A DNA stretch of 64,000 nt from assembly GCF_036321535.1 (NCBI RefSeq), contig NC_087436.1:59398001-59462000 (forward strand). The letters are read 5' to 3'. Shown one piece after another: positions 49,801 to 62,532 of the stretch. Within the stretch, counting starts at the first letter, position 1, and the number at the start of each line of letters is the position of its first letter. Source of the DNA: Camelus dromedarius (Eukaryota). Under the pieces are notes generated by a model that worked only from the letters and a program-made list of their open reading frames with translations, was not told the origin of the DNA and did not search any database. The translations under genes were made by a program, and so were the position numbers.

Positions 49801-52800
49801 ACTGATAGCTTCTTACTAGAATGTAATTTGATAACAAGAATTTCACAGAGGGCTAGTAAGATGCAGTCTAGTGCCAGCTGTATGGTGGTCTGCCCTCATC
49901 CAAGAGGATCTTAGAGTCTCTAGGGTAGGAGTTTAGGCATCAGAAAAATCTGTGAACTTCCTGACAACTACTGTGTGTGTTGGTGGCAGGGCACTGTGTA
50001 CGCTGTAGGTGTGTTTTTCTCTAGGGACTTGGTAGCACTATTAGTTTTCATCAGATTCTTAGATAGGGTCAAGAAACGGAAGCACTGAGCAAGTTCCCTC
50101 AGGCAAACTCTGTGAAAGTTTTTGAGCAATAGTGGGTTCAAGGTTATGGTTACTGAGGGGAAAAGATTCTGTTGGCCTGTTAGCCAGTTCACTGCAGAGC
50201 AAGGGTGGGATGGATTTCCCTTTTTGAAAACTATGCTTTATAAGGACTTCAACTAAGGGGTCCATTTGGCAGGACAACATTCTCTTCAGAAAGAAATTAA
50301 GTTTTTATTCTAACACAGAGACAAAATGGGCAAAAATACAACTTATGTATTTTTTTCTAAAGTCAATTAAAAAGATATCATAAAAGAGTGTTACATTTAA
50401 AAAAAGAGCAACATTTAAAGACAAAAATAGTTGACATCTTCGCCCCGATCCTTACCTGCTATTATTTGCAACTTTTAAACTAACCTAATGTTATTTCCCG
50501 ACCTCTGCAGATGCTTTATGTACAACTTCATTTTTATTTTTTTAATTTATTCAATTTATTTCGACTAAGAACAAAAAGAGTTCACCCAAGAGATAGGTTT
50601 TACGTAAAACCAGTTCTGATTGAGCGCTACAGATAAGGAATTATGATGATGTTCTTTATATTTATGCATTTTTGTAAGTATCATCTATACTTGTTCCTTT
50701 CCTAAGCTTGGGTAAAAAAATATTTTAATCTTTTATTCTCTGGGACTGTTGTAACCATATTAAGATAATTCTATTGGAAAATTATGATGTTAACTATTGT
50801 AACAACCTTAAACTGGGGGAAAACCTATTCTCATGAGTAAAAACCATTTCTATAAGTAAAATTTTCCATCCCTTGCCTACTCTAATAAATTTTAGTTTGA
50901 TTTTATAGTAACAGCTAAATTTTCTTATCATCTATGTTCATAATTCACTCCTATTTTAGAGAGTTGGTTTATCAACCACCTGGGGAAGCCATTTAAGTTC
51001 TCTGGGACTTTGTTGTTATTTTGTTACCTTTTTGATATTCAAAATGAGAAAAGTGATTTAGACTGTAATTTTGAAAATCCCCTGCAGATTTAAGTCTGAT
51101 TAATAATACACAGTTGAAAATAATCTGACAGCATGTTAAATAAGAAAACTAGCACGGGGCCCATCTCAGAGAAGGTGCTCAATAAATATGTGAAATAAAT
51201 GAAAACCTGAAGAACTGTAACATAAATTAATTAGATAATCTGATTCTATCAATAGTATCACAATAGGTAAACACTACAGAGTAAGATAATTTTAAAACTC
51301 TCATACTTATTACTTCAAATTATGAAAATAATAAAGTGTAGTAGGTTGGTAAAATTTTTTTTAATCAAAATCTCTCTCTTGTTCTTGGGAACGGGTTATA
51401 ATTACTTTCCTTTATAAAGAGAAATATGGATCACAAATCAATAATACCATACTGAGGCTTCAAAATATATACCAAATGAAGATAAGGATTATAATATAAA
51501 ATAAATGCCCTAAAGTATGGAGAGCAAAAATTTAAACTACATTTAAAAAACAAAAAGAAAAGGAGAGAGCATCATTCAAATTAGAATATAGTATTTAAGG
51601 AGTCACTTGATTTAACCCTTTAGTTTTAACAGTTTTTCAAAGTGATGTGACTTTAATGATCAGAAGCTCATTAGTATTTACCTCTTTCAAATTCTTAAAC
51701 ATCAAAGGTCTTTCAGTTATCTAAGGATATATTTGGCACCAGAGGTGATTTTTTTCTGGCTTATTTTTATTTTCTAATTTATTTTTAGTAAATGTTTTTA
51801 ATTATGAAAATTAATCCTCTTCAAACATACAAATAAAAACTCTGCAATTTTGACTACTGAACAATTAACAAAATTAAATATACATTTAGCTTTACTTTTT
51901 TCTCCAATTTACTCCAATTAATTTAAGATTTGTTGGAGAAATGGCAATATAAAACAAGTTTTTTGAGCAGCTGTACATTAAATTATTTTCTCCCACTTGT
52001 TCCTTCTCTTTGTGTCCTTTGAGAGTGAAGAAGCAAAACAGGAAGTTGAAGTAGAAGCAATAATCCCCTCTGTTCTCAGGAACAGGGGCATAAAGTAGCT
52101 CCAGTCCAGACTTCCTGGAGAGATCAGGGACATGCACAATGGAGTCCCTGGAGTGTAGCAAGGACTCCAAATGCCTCTCAAAATCTATTATCACTTTTAT
52201 ATATTTATGAGATTTTCCTTGATTGATTTCTATTTCCTAGGACCAAAGAGGTTTGGGCAAACATTCATTCAACTGCTTTAAAGTGACAAGAATAAATGTA
52301 TCAGTCTTCATTTTAGCTTCATGTCTGATTACTTAGCATAGCTCTTTAAACATTGTCACTAGACAATAAACATATGCTGGTTCCACGAACATTTCACTTT
52401 GAAGATGAACAAGGTTAAAAGGTAAGTGCAGCTCAGATACCCTTTCTTACTCAATTATTAGTTTTTTTTTAATAACCTAAATTTATTACTGGAATAGGCA
52501 AAAATATTAAGTAAAGCGTAGTACTAAAATGTGCAAAATGCATTCTGGAGCCAGAATTAGACATATTTTTAAAACTTTACTATTGATATCTATTTTTGAA
52601 TATTTGTATGTTTAATATGTTTTATTTATTTGCATAGATTAGCAAAATTTGTTTTTAACCATATATATGTTCCGAATATTCTGGATTATTTTGACTTTTT
52701 AAGTCATTAACAGTGAAATCAGATAAAAGAAACTAGAGTTCCTATTTCTAAACTTAAATTTATTAACAGCATGTGATAGGACATTGTGAGGGTCGTGGAT

Positions 52801-54729
52801 TTTCTTATACTGCTTCCACATCTCATGTAAGATTTTTATAACATCAATTTATATCATTGGACCGTCATAAAAGTTAAGCAAAAAATGTAAGGTTCTTTGC
52901 CTTGTAAAATATATCAGAACCTAGAAATTTTTATTTTATTCAATATAATGAGTAAATTTCTTTAGAGGAAAAAAAACATGTATCAAGTAGCAAAGGTCAA
53001 CCCTGAATTTCTCAAGAAGGAGATCACCGTAAAAACTTAAATGGATTGAAATAATAAAAAATAATATTAAACTGCATTAAACCTGTCCTAACCAAAATTA
53101 TTATTTTTCATGATGACAGTTTTATGATTCATAGGTTAAGAAAATAATTATGGATATTAGATTATTTTATTGCATCCAACTGTCAGGTGAATATCACATT
53201 CAAATTGGCCTAGATTTCTACTCTTTTATATGAGATGTGTAATTCATGTAAAAAAAGATAGTACAGAGAACTGTCATATTCCTTGGAATGAAAAATTGAA
53301 CTCAGTGGAATCAAATTATCTGAGGCCCAGGGTACTCTCATAATTTAGACAAAACTCTGAAAATGGAAATTTCAGGATACTGAATGTATCCTGAATGTGT
53401 ATGTTTGTTAAGTTGAGTAGGTAGAAAATAAGTTAAGCTGACAATTTGTTAAAAGTCCATTTCAGAAATATCTCTGTGACTTTTAATATTTCCATGGCTT
53501 CTGACTACAATCAATGTTTATTTTGCTTATTTTGGGACTCAGCCAAGTTTCAGAATTAATGTACAAAGCTAGACTACTCAGGAGAAAACTCTAAAATCAA
53601 GCAAACAGATGTCTGCTGATATCATCCGCTAAGTAATCATTTACATCAAACAATTAGTTGAACTTGTGTAAACAATAACAGACTTTTAGATCTCTAGGCA
53701 TTATTTGGTAGCATAAATTTCCAGCTATATCTTCCTAGTGGATAAAAGGGCAAATATTTAGGGATTAAATATATTTAATAAAATACATGTCTATCTTCAG
53801 AGTTTCTTTTTAGTTACAATCTTCAGAGTCCTGTTTTGGATGTCACAGTAAGCTATCATACTGATTACTTTGCAAATATGTTTCTATTCTGTCTATTTTG
53901 GAAAAAATGTTTGTCCTAGATTTAGACAGATTTGCAACCCACTGCTGCGGAGACTACAACACATGCAAGTTCTGGCAGGCAGCACTCGGAAATCATTCAG
54001 GAATCAGGAGGGGCCGTGTGGTCAGCAGCTACTCATTCCCTGCTCAGGCACAACATCCAAGTGTGCCTGAAGCTGGGTTGTGCCTAGGAATTTGGTTAAA
54101 GATCACAGAACTTTGATTTTCATGCCCAGTGAACTGCATGGCACTGGCAGGTGCCTTAGAAAATGGTCATTCATTTCCCTGACCAGAATATGGCAGATTG
54201 TTTGCTGTTGTAGGTTCCAGGGTTATGTTGTAAAAGCAAGGAATAGTTCAATACAATCAATTTCTCCCAATGCACCAAGAAAGATCAGTTATGGGAAACA
54301 GCGTGGATGTGCAATCTTTACAGAGATTATTTACTAAAAATGTCTTAGAAAAAAATTGTTTTGAGTTTCTATTTGTAAGGACAAAATATGAATAATCAGC
54401 TCTAAAGGATCAATTTAGATAAACTCTTAAAAGTGGTTTAAAACTAGAGCTACCTTGAATTGGGTGCTATTACACTCAAAAAAAAAAAAAAAATTCACAC
54501 CCAAAGTATGAGGTGTGTGAGTTGCCTCCCTCTTTCTATTTGAGGGTTACCCACCATTCTGCTCATTTTAATAACAAGTATCACAAGTGTTTCCAGGCAG
54601 AGGTACAAGTCCTTTCATATGTGTTTTTTTCTGTACGTTTTTGATCAGTTGGTATATAGTTTTCTTACTCCTTTTTAATGGATGTATATACAATGCAAGA
54701 TCCACTATGCACCTGTAAACATGCACTAC

Positions 54730-55155
54730 CTTTAAGGACTGGGTTTGTTTTGATGTAACAAATAACAGTATTTCACATAACAGAAATATGTGTTTTCTAA
54801 TATAACCTTAGGTTGGAAAGTAGGCATTCAGATCCAATGCAATGGCTTAAGATGTCAGGATACAAGTCTGTTAGAATCTCTTAGCTTCTCCAAGTTTCAA
54901 GATGGCTTCAACCTTTATGTCTACATTTCAGGCAGAAAGTAGATGGACACGTTAAAGTCAAAAACGGCAAGGGCCGATTGAATCTGCCTCATTTTAAAAG
55001 AGGTTTCAACTTTTATTTAACCCACATTGCACAACAGTGGGACATGCTCAACACTACTTGCAAGAGAGGGTGATAAGACATTTTTAATTGAACACATTGA
55101 CTTTCTCAATAAAATTGTGAAGTTAGGCCAATCATGTGTATAATGTGTATACCCT
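54730..55155 (-). mobile_element. MaLR solo LTR (MLT1J-like)
   Basis: 'caagatggct...tgtctacatttcaggcag...cttgcaagagagg...cacattg...caataaaattg'. Confidence 0.65.
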
Positions 55156-56354
55156 AATCCTCAGTTTCTTAGGTGCTAGCGGCTCACCCCTTCTACTTAT
55201 GAAAAATAAATGAACAACTGAATAATTGAAAATGAAACTAAACTGTCCACACAATGCACATGTAATCACAACTCAAATATTTACATAGATTGAGTTTTAT
55301 GTCACAGACTGCTTTGTATCTAATAAACACAAATGCAACGTGATAGCTGCCATATTTTCCACATCAATTAAAATGAATGGATGGAATACAGTCACCAGCA
55401 GCTTCAAACTCTCTAATTCCTGACATGTATTTAATTTTTTTTTACTTACTAAAATCTGAGAAATAATAATCAGGATCTCAGTAAATAACATGGAATATCA
55501 AAATACATTCATATATGCAACAATATTTGTACCTTAGAGAGTAAGAGTATCGTGCACAATTAGCTTAACATAGCATAGTAGCACTTTTAACACTGTTGAT
55601 TTTATTGTCTGTCATTTTTATATGCACCACTAATATATATAACTTACTTGGCTTTAACATTTTATCTTGTCTTTGTCAAGTTTTACAGAAATTTAGTGAA
55701 AACTAGCAAGGTGAAAAATCAGGTATATTTTGGCACCTTTTACAAGGAAATGTTTTTTAGATTTTTAAAAATGTATTACTGTCTGGCTCAGTACAGTGAA
55801 AAGATCAAGAATCAGAACAAAGAAATGTGAGCATTAATTTATGTTTCCATGTTAATTTTTTAGGTAATAAAATTTCTCTTTATATGAGACTGCTCTTGTG
55901 TAAAAAAAATTAAAAACAAACTGTATTTTCACTGAAAATATTTTCTCATTTAACTTTAAAATACAGCTAATGATTTTATGACACAAATTGGAGGAAAAAT
56001 GCTAAAAATAACTTGATGTCATTGTGATGTACAAAAACTGACTTATAAATCAGAATGATTATTAAGTATGTGTGATACACTTTTATAAAGTTTATATTAA
56101 ACATTTAAAAAACTTAAGTTCTCTAAATCTTTTTAGTAAGAAAAAGAAAAAGCTGAACTCTGTAATTCAAGTTAGAATGATAGTAAAAATGGAGGATAAA
56201 GAATAGCATACAGTTAAAATAATAAAAAAAAATAGGTGCTCATAAGGTGTCACAATTAATTATGCACTCATGGCCAACTGAAAGGTAATTAGACTTTCTG
56301 TCTAGGCCATATTCCTCAATAGAGTAACTAATATCAGTTTGAAATGAGCATTTG

Positions 56355-56470
56355 GGTAATGTCAAAGAGCATGTCTATTTTGATCACTTTTTTATCACCA
56401 ATATGTGGCACAGTTTGTGTCTGGCACACAGTGCTCAACAAATATGTGCCTAATTAATTAGTTAACTAAT
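56355..56470 (+). mobile_element. L2 3' terminus
   Basis: 'tgtctattttgatcac...gtgtctggcacacagtgctcaacaaatatgtg'. Confidence 0.68.
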
Positions 56471-57099
56471 TAAATGACATAATTATAGGATAAGATTTGG
56501 ATTTTTTAAATTTTAATTCTTGCGTAAAGCAGTATGTCCCTTGTCAAAGGGAACACTTAGATTCAACCAAATTTTATTATATTTAATTACTAAAGGTTGC
56601 CTTACTTCTTTACTTGACTTCAGTAATAAAAACGTAGCTTTAAAGGCATATTCAAATTTGAGAATTAATGATTGCCTTAAAAGCATCACTGCATAATAAA
56701 ATTTATAGTATTTAAAATCTTTCAGAATTTGAGTATCGTGCACAATCTGTTCCAGCTGCACATAGAACTGGATTGTTATCTATACAGAACAGGAAACTTC
56801 TAACATGTATATTGTTTCTAATTTTTAGAGATAATTCTCTGCTGCACAGGCTCTCTGACAAACTGCTTAAGACTGGGAGGAGTTTATTTGCTCTGAATTA
56901 GAAAAGAATATTAGTGGAGAAAACCCTTCTACTCTTGGAGGACAAATAACACTTCTCAGTTGGGATCTAATAATTAGTAACTAGTACTTCAAGTTTCCAA
57001 ATTTATTTCAAAAGAGTATGTGTACTAGTAACAGGCACAATATCATTTTGTTTTTAATACTGGCACTTACCTAGTTTTGGAAAGTATTTCCTAGCAAAC

Positions 57100-57600
57100 T
57101 ATATAATGACAAGAAATAGAGGGGAGCAATGCAAGTGTTCATGTGGAACACAAAATGAGTTAATATGGTTTCCCATTTTACTGGGGTCAAAGCTCTCAGC
57201 ATGACACTGATTTAATGTAAGCATTAAAGAATGGTTGAGATTTTGACAGGCGGAGTTATCAGAGGGCACCTTCTAATCAGAGGAAATAGTATTACCCAAA
57301 GTAGGAAAGTGCTGGTTGTTGAAGCCCAGGGAACACATGAGAGGAAAGACAAATTTAAAGCTAGTCAGGGACATATTAGTAACGTTTCAAATGCTAAAAT
57401 TCACCTAAGCCCTTAATTTAACAGGCAGTGGGAAATCACTTGAGAGTCTGAGAAGGGGAGAAATACGATCTGACTGTACTGCAGAAAACTTAAATTGCAT
57501 GAAGGCAAGTAAAAGAGGAGGTGAGGACAGGACTTAAAAGCTATAGTTCTGACAAGAAATTTAAAGGGAGAGAGGTTTTTGTGAAATACTAAACCAGTGT
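57100..57600 (-). mobile_element. L2 fragment
   Basis: 'caggcagtgggaaatcacttgagagtctgagaaggggagaaatacgatctgac' is antisense L2; this explains ORFs 57231-57416 and 57413-57691. Confidence 0.55.
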
Positions 57601-57783
57601 GTTTTTGTTTCTGGTAATTCCTAGGTCCTACGTGTCTTGCGACTTTCCCATTCAATGTTCCAATGGTGTTTATTACTTTGTGAGAAATCACAGCATCAAG
57701 CCAGGAATAAAGGAGTCACTATTCAACTTCAAGATTCAAATAGGACTTACTGAGATCCTAGAAAAACTGAAGTCTTGAAAAGC

Positions 57784-57846
57784 TGTGTGTGTTTGTGTCT
57801 GTGCGTGGTGTGTGTGTATTTGAGAGAGAGAGAGCAAGAGAGAGAC
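57784..57846. repeat. Compound imperfect (TG)n(GA)n microsatellite
   Basis: Read directly from the sequence. Confidence 0.85.
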
Positions 57847-58486
57847 TGATCTCTAAATTCTTAAATTTTCTCATTATATTTCATAGAAAAAATTTGGTAA
57901 ACAGAGCACAAAATTTTACTATGTGCCCTACAGTAGAAAGAACATAGTATAATACTATGATATTAGAGCAGAATTTCTTCTAAGAATAAAGGGGGAAATT
58001 TTATGAAGTTGGGTGAAAGTGAATAAATTTGAAGACCAAAATTCTAAAGCAAAACATGACTGCTGATTTTTCTGAGGGACCCACCAACATCATCCCTCTC
58101 TGAGTTACCGAAAACTTTTATCTTACAGGGTGCTCTGTGCCAACAAGCGTAACCCTCATAGAATAAAAATATGTTTACACAAGGGAGGGCCTAAGATGGT
58201 AATCAGTGTATTTTAACTTTCAAATAGCATATTTAATATTAACTGATGGACACTTAAAAAGTTATGAGTGCAAAATACTGCTCCTTTTCTGTTGTTAGTG
58301 AGAAGCATTCAGTACCTATGCCCCTGAATCTGACACTGCAAATTTATCTGACCTATTACAAATCCTTCCTCTTTTATTTCACAAAGACCATAGGTTCAGC
58401 AGATGTAAATAGCAGAAGCAACATGACATCATATCAAACCTGGCTCTCTGAGAAGTAGAATCTATTACTTTGAACCCTGCTATGTA

Positions 58487-58532
58487 ACTTAGTATAAATT
58501 CAAGTACAGACTTAGTATAAATTCAAGTACAG
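58487..58532. repeat. Perfect 23-bp tandem duplication
   Basis: acttagtataaattcaagtacag x2. Confidence 0.97.
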
Positions 58533-59457
58533 AAGAATGGAATCCTTCTATTACCTGAAAAAAAGTTTCAATCTAATAACTTGTGGAGATCTCCTTTGCT
58601 TTATTCTCTGCTAAATATAAGAAGGCTTTGAAAAGGAACATGGACAATCAAAAAGATGTGTGAGCGCTTATTACGCTGCTGTAAAGAAGAACACACATAT
58701 GCCAGGGAGACAGGGTTCTCAGATTGGGTGCCGTATTTAGGCCATCAGGTTTGACATTTCATTTGCAATAAAAGTTACAAATGCTGGAAAGACAAGCCCC
58801 AGCCAAGTGGGAGTAAAAGTTTCCTAAGTGCTGTCCCTGACATTACCATATAGATGGTGATATAAATATAAATGAAGCATGCTATCACTTGTTGAATTAA
58901 ACTGTAGTTGGTGTTCAGACAGTTTGAGATTTCTGCATATTGAGTATCAAAGGACAAAAAGAAAGCATCTGTTATCATTATAGGCCAGGTAACAATTTTA
59001 ATCCTAAGAGAAAATCAAAATCACATTGGAAAGATAACCCTAATAAATATAACACAGTAATATGTAATTAGACAAAGATAAATGCCTTCTAATATAAAGC
59101 TGCTGGAATCGAGAAAAGAAGAGGAAAACAAAAGTATTTTATTACTTATTAATTTTAATTTACAGTATTAAGTATTTTCTTAATATTTTCTTTAAATGAC
59201 TATCCATACTTCAGTTCTGCAAAGTAAGTCTGGTTCCCAACAACAACCATAAGTTTTGGCTGTTCAAGGATATTAACAAGGATAGATAAATATGGGATCA
59301 TTCTGTCTAGAGGGGTTTATTTTTCCATTAGGCAAAGTGATACAAAAATTAGAGCAAGGTTGGAAATGAGTGCGGTCTGAGCTGGGGGCAGGTAACAGGG
59401 TAACATTCTCCAACAGAGTCTAAACTCTGAATACATTAGAACAGAAAGGTTCTAGAT

Positions 59458-59768
59458 TGGTGGCTGAAAAACTTTATCTGTAAAGACTCAGAGAGTAAAT
59501 ATTTTGGCCTTTGTGGGTCACAGGGTTTGCCAATACTCTGTCACTGCAGTGCAAAAGCAGACACTTCATAAATAGGAAGGTCTGTATTCTAATACACCTC
59601 ATTCATGGAGGATTAAATTTGAATTTTATATAATTTTGTGGGTTATAAAATATTTTACTTGTTTATTTCAACCTTTGAAAAATAGAAAAAGTATTCTTAA
59701 CTTGAAGGCCATATAGAAATAGGCAGCAAGCTATATTTGATCCACTGGCTGTACTTTGCTAAATCATG
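59458..59768 (+). mobile_element. MER58B-type hAT-Charlie MITE
   Basis: Perfect 8-bp TSD ttctagat (59450-59457, 59769-59776), matching the Charlie NTCTAGAN target. Internal 'aaactttatctgtaaag..cagagagtaaatatttt...gcaaaagcag...gaaggccata'. Confidence 0.88.
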
Positions 59769-60164
59769 TTCTAGATCAAATATGATTCCTGATTTTCTGA
59801 TAAAGGACCTACAACTATCATCCTCCATAAGGGCTCTGTGAGTATCAGCGTGCCCCAGTGCAGAGATAGAAATAAAGAAATTTAATAGGAAATCTTCTAG
59901 TACATACACAGCCCCACAGGAAGTAAAAGGAATCAACATGGGAATGAGAGAGCTAAGTGTTAAAAAATATTTAGTCAAGACATAAAAGCTGCTGAATGAG
60001 AATAGATAGGTGCTAATACAGTGGAATAAAATCAGAGAATAACAACTTGAGACCTTGACAAAGTGAAAGAAAATATGTGTTAAAGAAGTTAAATTACCAG
60101 AGTATATGAAATAATAAAGGTGATGAAAATAAAAACTGTCATCATCATCATCATCCAACTTTGA

Positions 60165-60370
60165 GAGGCAGTTTACTTGGTAATTAAAATGAGCAGAGGA
60201 TCTGGAGTCTGACTACCTGGCTTCAATTCTGCCCTATCACTTTTTGGGCAAATTATTTAACCACGTGTCCCAGTTTCCTAATCTAAAGAAGAGGGTTATG
60301 CGAAGCTGAAATTAAGTAATGTACATAATACCAAGTATAGCAGGAACCATATAGGTATTTGTTAGTATTG
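60165..60370 (+). mobile_element. MIR SINE
   Basis: 'tctggagtctgactacctggcttcaattc...ttgggcaaattatttaacc...cagtttcctaatct'. Confidence 0.78.
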
Positions 60371-60939
60371 ACAATTTTTTATTTATGTGATTTTGTATCT
60401 ATGTAATGATGACATGGAGAAAAATGTACCCATGTAACGTTTTTAAGATTAGGAAATTAGATATATATTTTTCACTCTTATATTCATCTATAAATCTAGT
60501 AAAAGTAATTTAAAAAATTAAATTGAAATTAGTGAAATTAACTTAAGAGTTTAGTGATAAAAACTGTACCAAGATATTATTTGCTTAGGTAAAGATACAG
60601 AAGGGAGTTTAATTTTGACTTTTTTAACCTTTTTTTTTTTTAACAAGTTAAAGATATACATAATTCTAAACCAAAGTTATTTTCAAAATATAGTGTTATT
60701 ATTTTCTTCTAAGAGTAACTTTATACAATATAAATAATGAATAAATGAGAAACATAACATTTTAATAAGTTTAAAAACTTATTTGGTTACTGTAAATAGT
60801 GAACAAAAATTATACACAAGCATAGTCCCCGGGAAAGGAATTAAAGCCAAAAAAAAAAAAAAAAAGAAAGAAAAAGAAAAAAGAAAATAAGCTAACACTA
60901 CAAATTAACTTTTTTAAAATTGGATTTTAGTCTAAATAA

Positions 60940-62240
60940 AATGAGAAGTTAGTGAAGGTTTTTACGTGGGTGAGTGAAATATTTAATTTGTCTTTAAAAA
61001 GATCTCTGTCTATTCTTCCAAGCACGGTAGTCATTAAGAGGCTGTTACAGTAGCCAAAGTTAAATATGATGGCAGTTTGAAATAAGGGAATGATACTGAA
61101 AATGTTGGACATTAGACATATTTAAAAATACACATCTTTATATATGGCCAGGACTTGGTGGATTGGATATTAAGATGATAATGTAATTTACTGAGTTGAG
61201 AGAGACCATAAAAGGACCAGACTTAAGGGCAAAGGACAAGATTTCAATGTCAATCAAGTTAGTTTTGAGATTATGAGAACTACCAAATCAGTGTTTCAGA
61301 AAACAAATTTAACCTGGAGATGAACATTTGCAAGTAGGTGGCATATAGATTTAGGGCTGCCTGGAGGGGAAAAGAAGGATGGCAGGCCAAGTAACAGATC
61401 AGAGAACCCTACCCTGTAAGAGTCTGCTGTAATAGAAGGCTGAAAGTGAAGGCAAATCAAAGTGAATTAAGAGTAAATTGAAGATCAATACAGGCATACC
61501 ATGGAGATACTGCAGGTTCAGTTCTAGGCCACCACAATAAAGTGAATATCCCAATAAAATGAGTCACACAAATTTTTTGATTCCCCAGTGCATATAAAAG
61601 TCATGTTTCCACTATACTGTGGTCCATTAAATGTGCCATAGAGTTAAGTCTAAAAAAACAATATACATGCCTTAATTTAAAATACTTTATTGTTAAAAAA
61701 TGCTAACCATCAAACCTTTAGCAAGTCATCATCTTTTGGGAGGGTTTGGAGTATCCTAAGAGTTACCAAAATGTGACACAGAGACAAGAAGTGACCAAAT
61801 ACTGTTGGAAAAATGGTGCCAAGAGATTTGCTGAACACAGAGTTGCCACAATGTTCGATTTGTAAAAATGCAGTACCGGTGAAACACAATGAAGTGAAGT
61901 ACAATAAAATGAGGTGTGCTTCTATGTGCAACGAAATATAGAGATGAGGAGGGACCTTTGAAAAAATATATTTGAGATACATGTCCTGATGAGAAGAAAT
62001 CAACAGAAGGAATAAGATGAAGATGCAGAAGAATGGAATAATAAACAAAAAAGATATCCTAGAGAAGGTGAGAACAAATTAAATTTAGAGCATAAATGAA
62101 GAAACAGTCTTGACAAGAGGCACATGTCTTGCATTTAACAGGAGGGAAGACAGAAAATGCACAGAAACTTGGGTAGATTTATGGATTTGACTTCAGAAAG
62201 ATGAAGAAGTTTCTGTTTTATAGCTTTTAGCTTTTATTTA
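60940..62240 (-). mobile_element. L2, interrupted by a Tigger1 MITE (L2 at ~60940-61488 and ~62080-62240)
   Basis: 'taagaggctgttacagtag...caggacttggtggattggat...agttttgagat' and 'gaaagatgaagaagtttc...gcttt'. Confidence 0.6.
61491..61922. mobile_element. Tigger1-derived MITE (internal deletion derivative)
   Basis: TIRs caggcatacc / gaggtgtgcttc, TA on both sides (61489-61490, 61923-61924). Tigger1 terminal text 'gagatactgcaggttcagttc..ccaccacaataaag' and 'gagttaccaaaatgtgacacagagac'. Confidence 0.9.
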
Positions 62241-62532
62241 TGGTTAGTCTCCTCAGTTTGACCCTCACCATTTCTTAATATTTCAGAAGATTTTAAAGCT
62301 TTTCTTAAATTAATAGGTATTCTTTTGATGTCTGTAAAAATGCCTTGGAAAAAAGGAAATACATATGTGAAATTATAGGGAGATAGCATGTATGACACAG
62401 AAAAAGTAAATTTCCAAAAAGAAAAAGGCATTTTTCATTATTAGACAAAGTAAAGGAGAAAATAAATCATGATACAACAGAGATTCTGCAGAGTAGAAAT
62501 AAGCATCTAGTGGGTCAGACTAAGGATGATAT

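Noticed and set aside
59697..60158. 153-aa minus-strand ORF starting MDDDDDD
   Set aside because: The acidic start comes from a (TCA)n microsatellite, the end lies in MER58B, and the rest is antisense to A-rich DNA.
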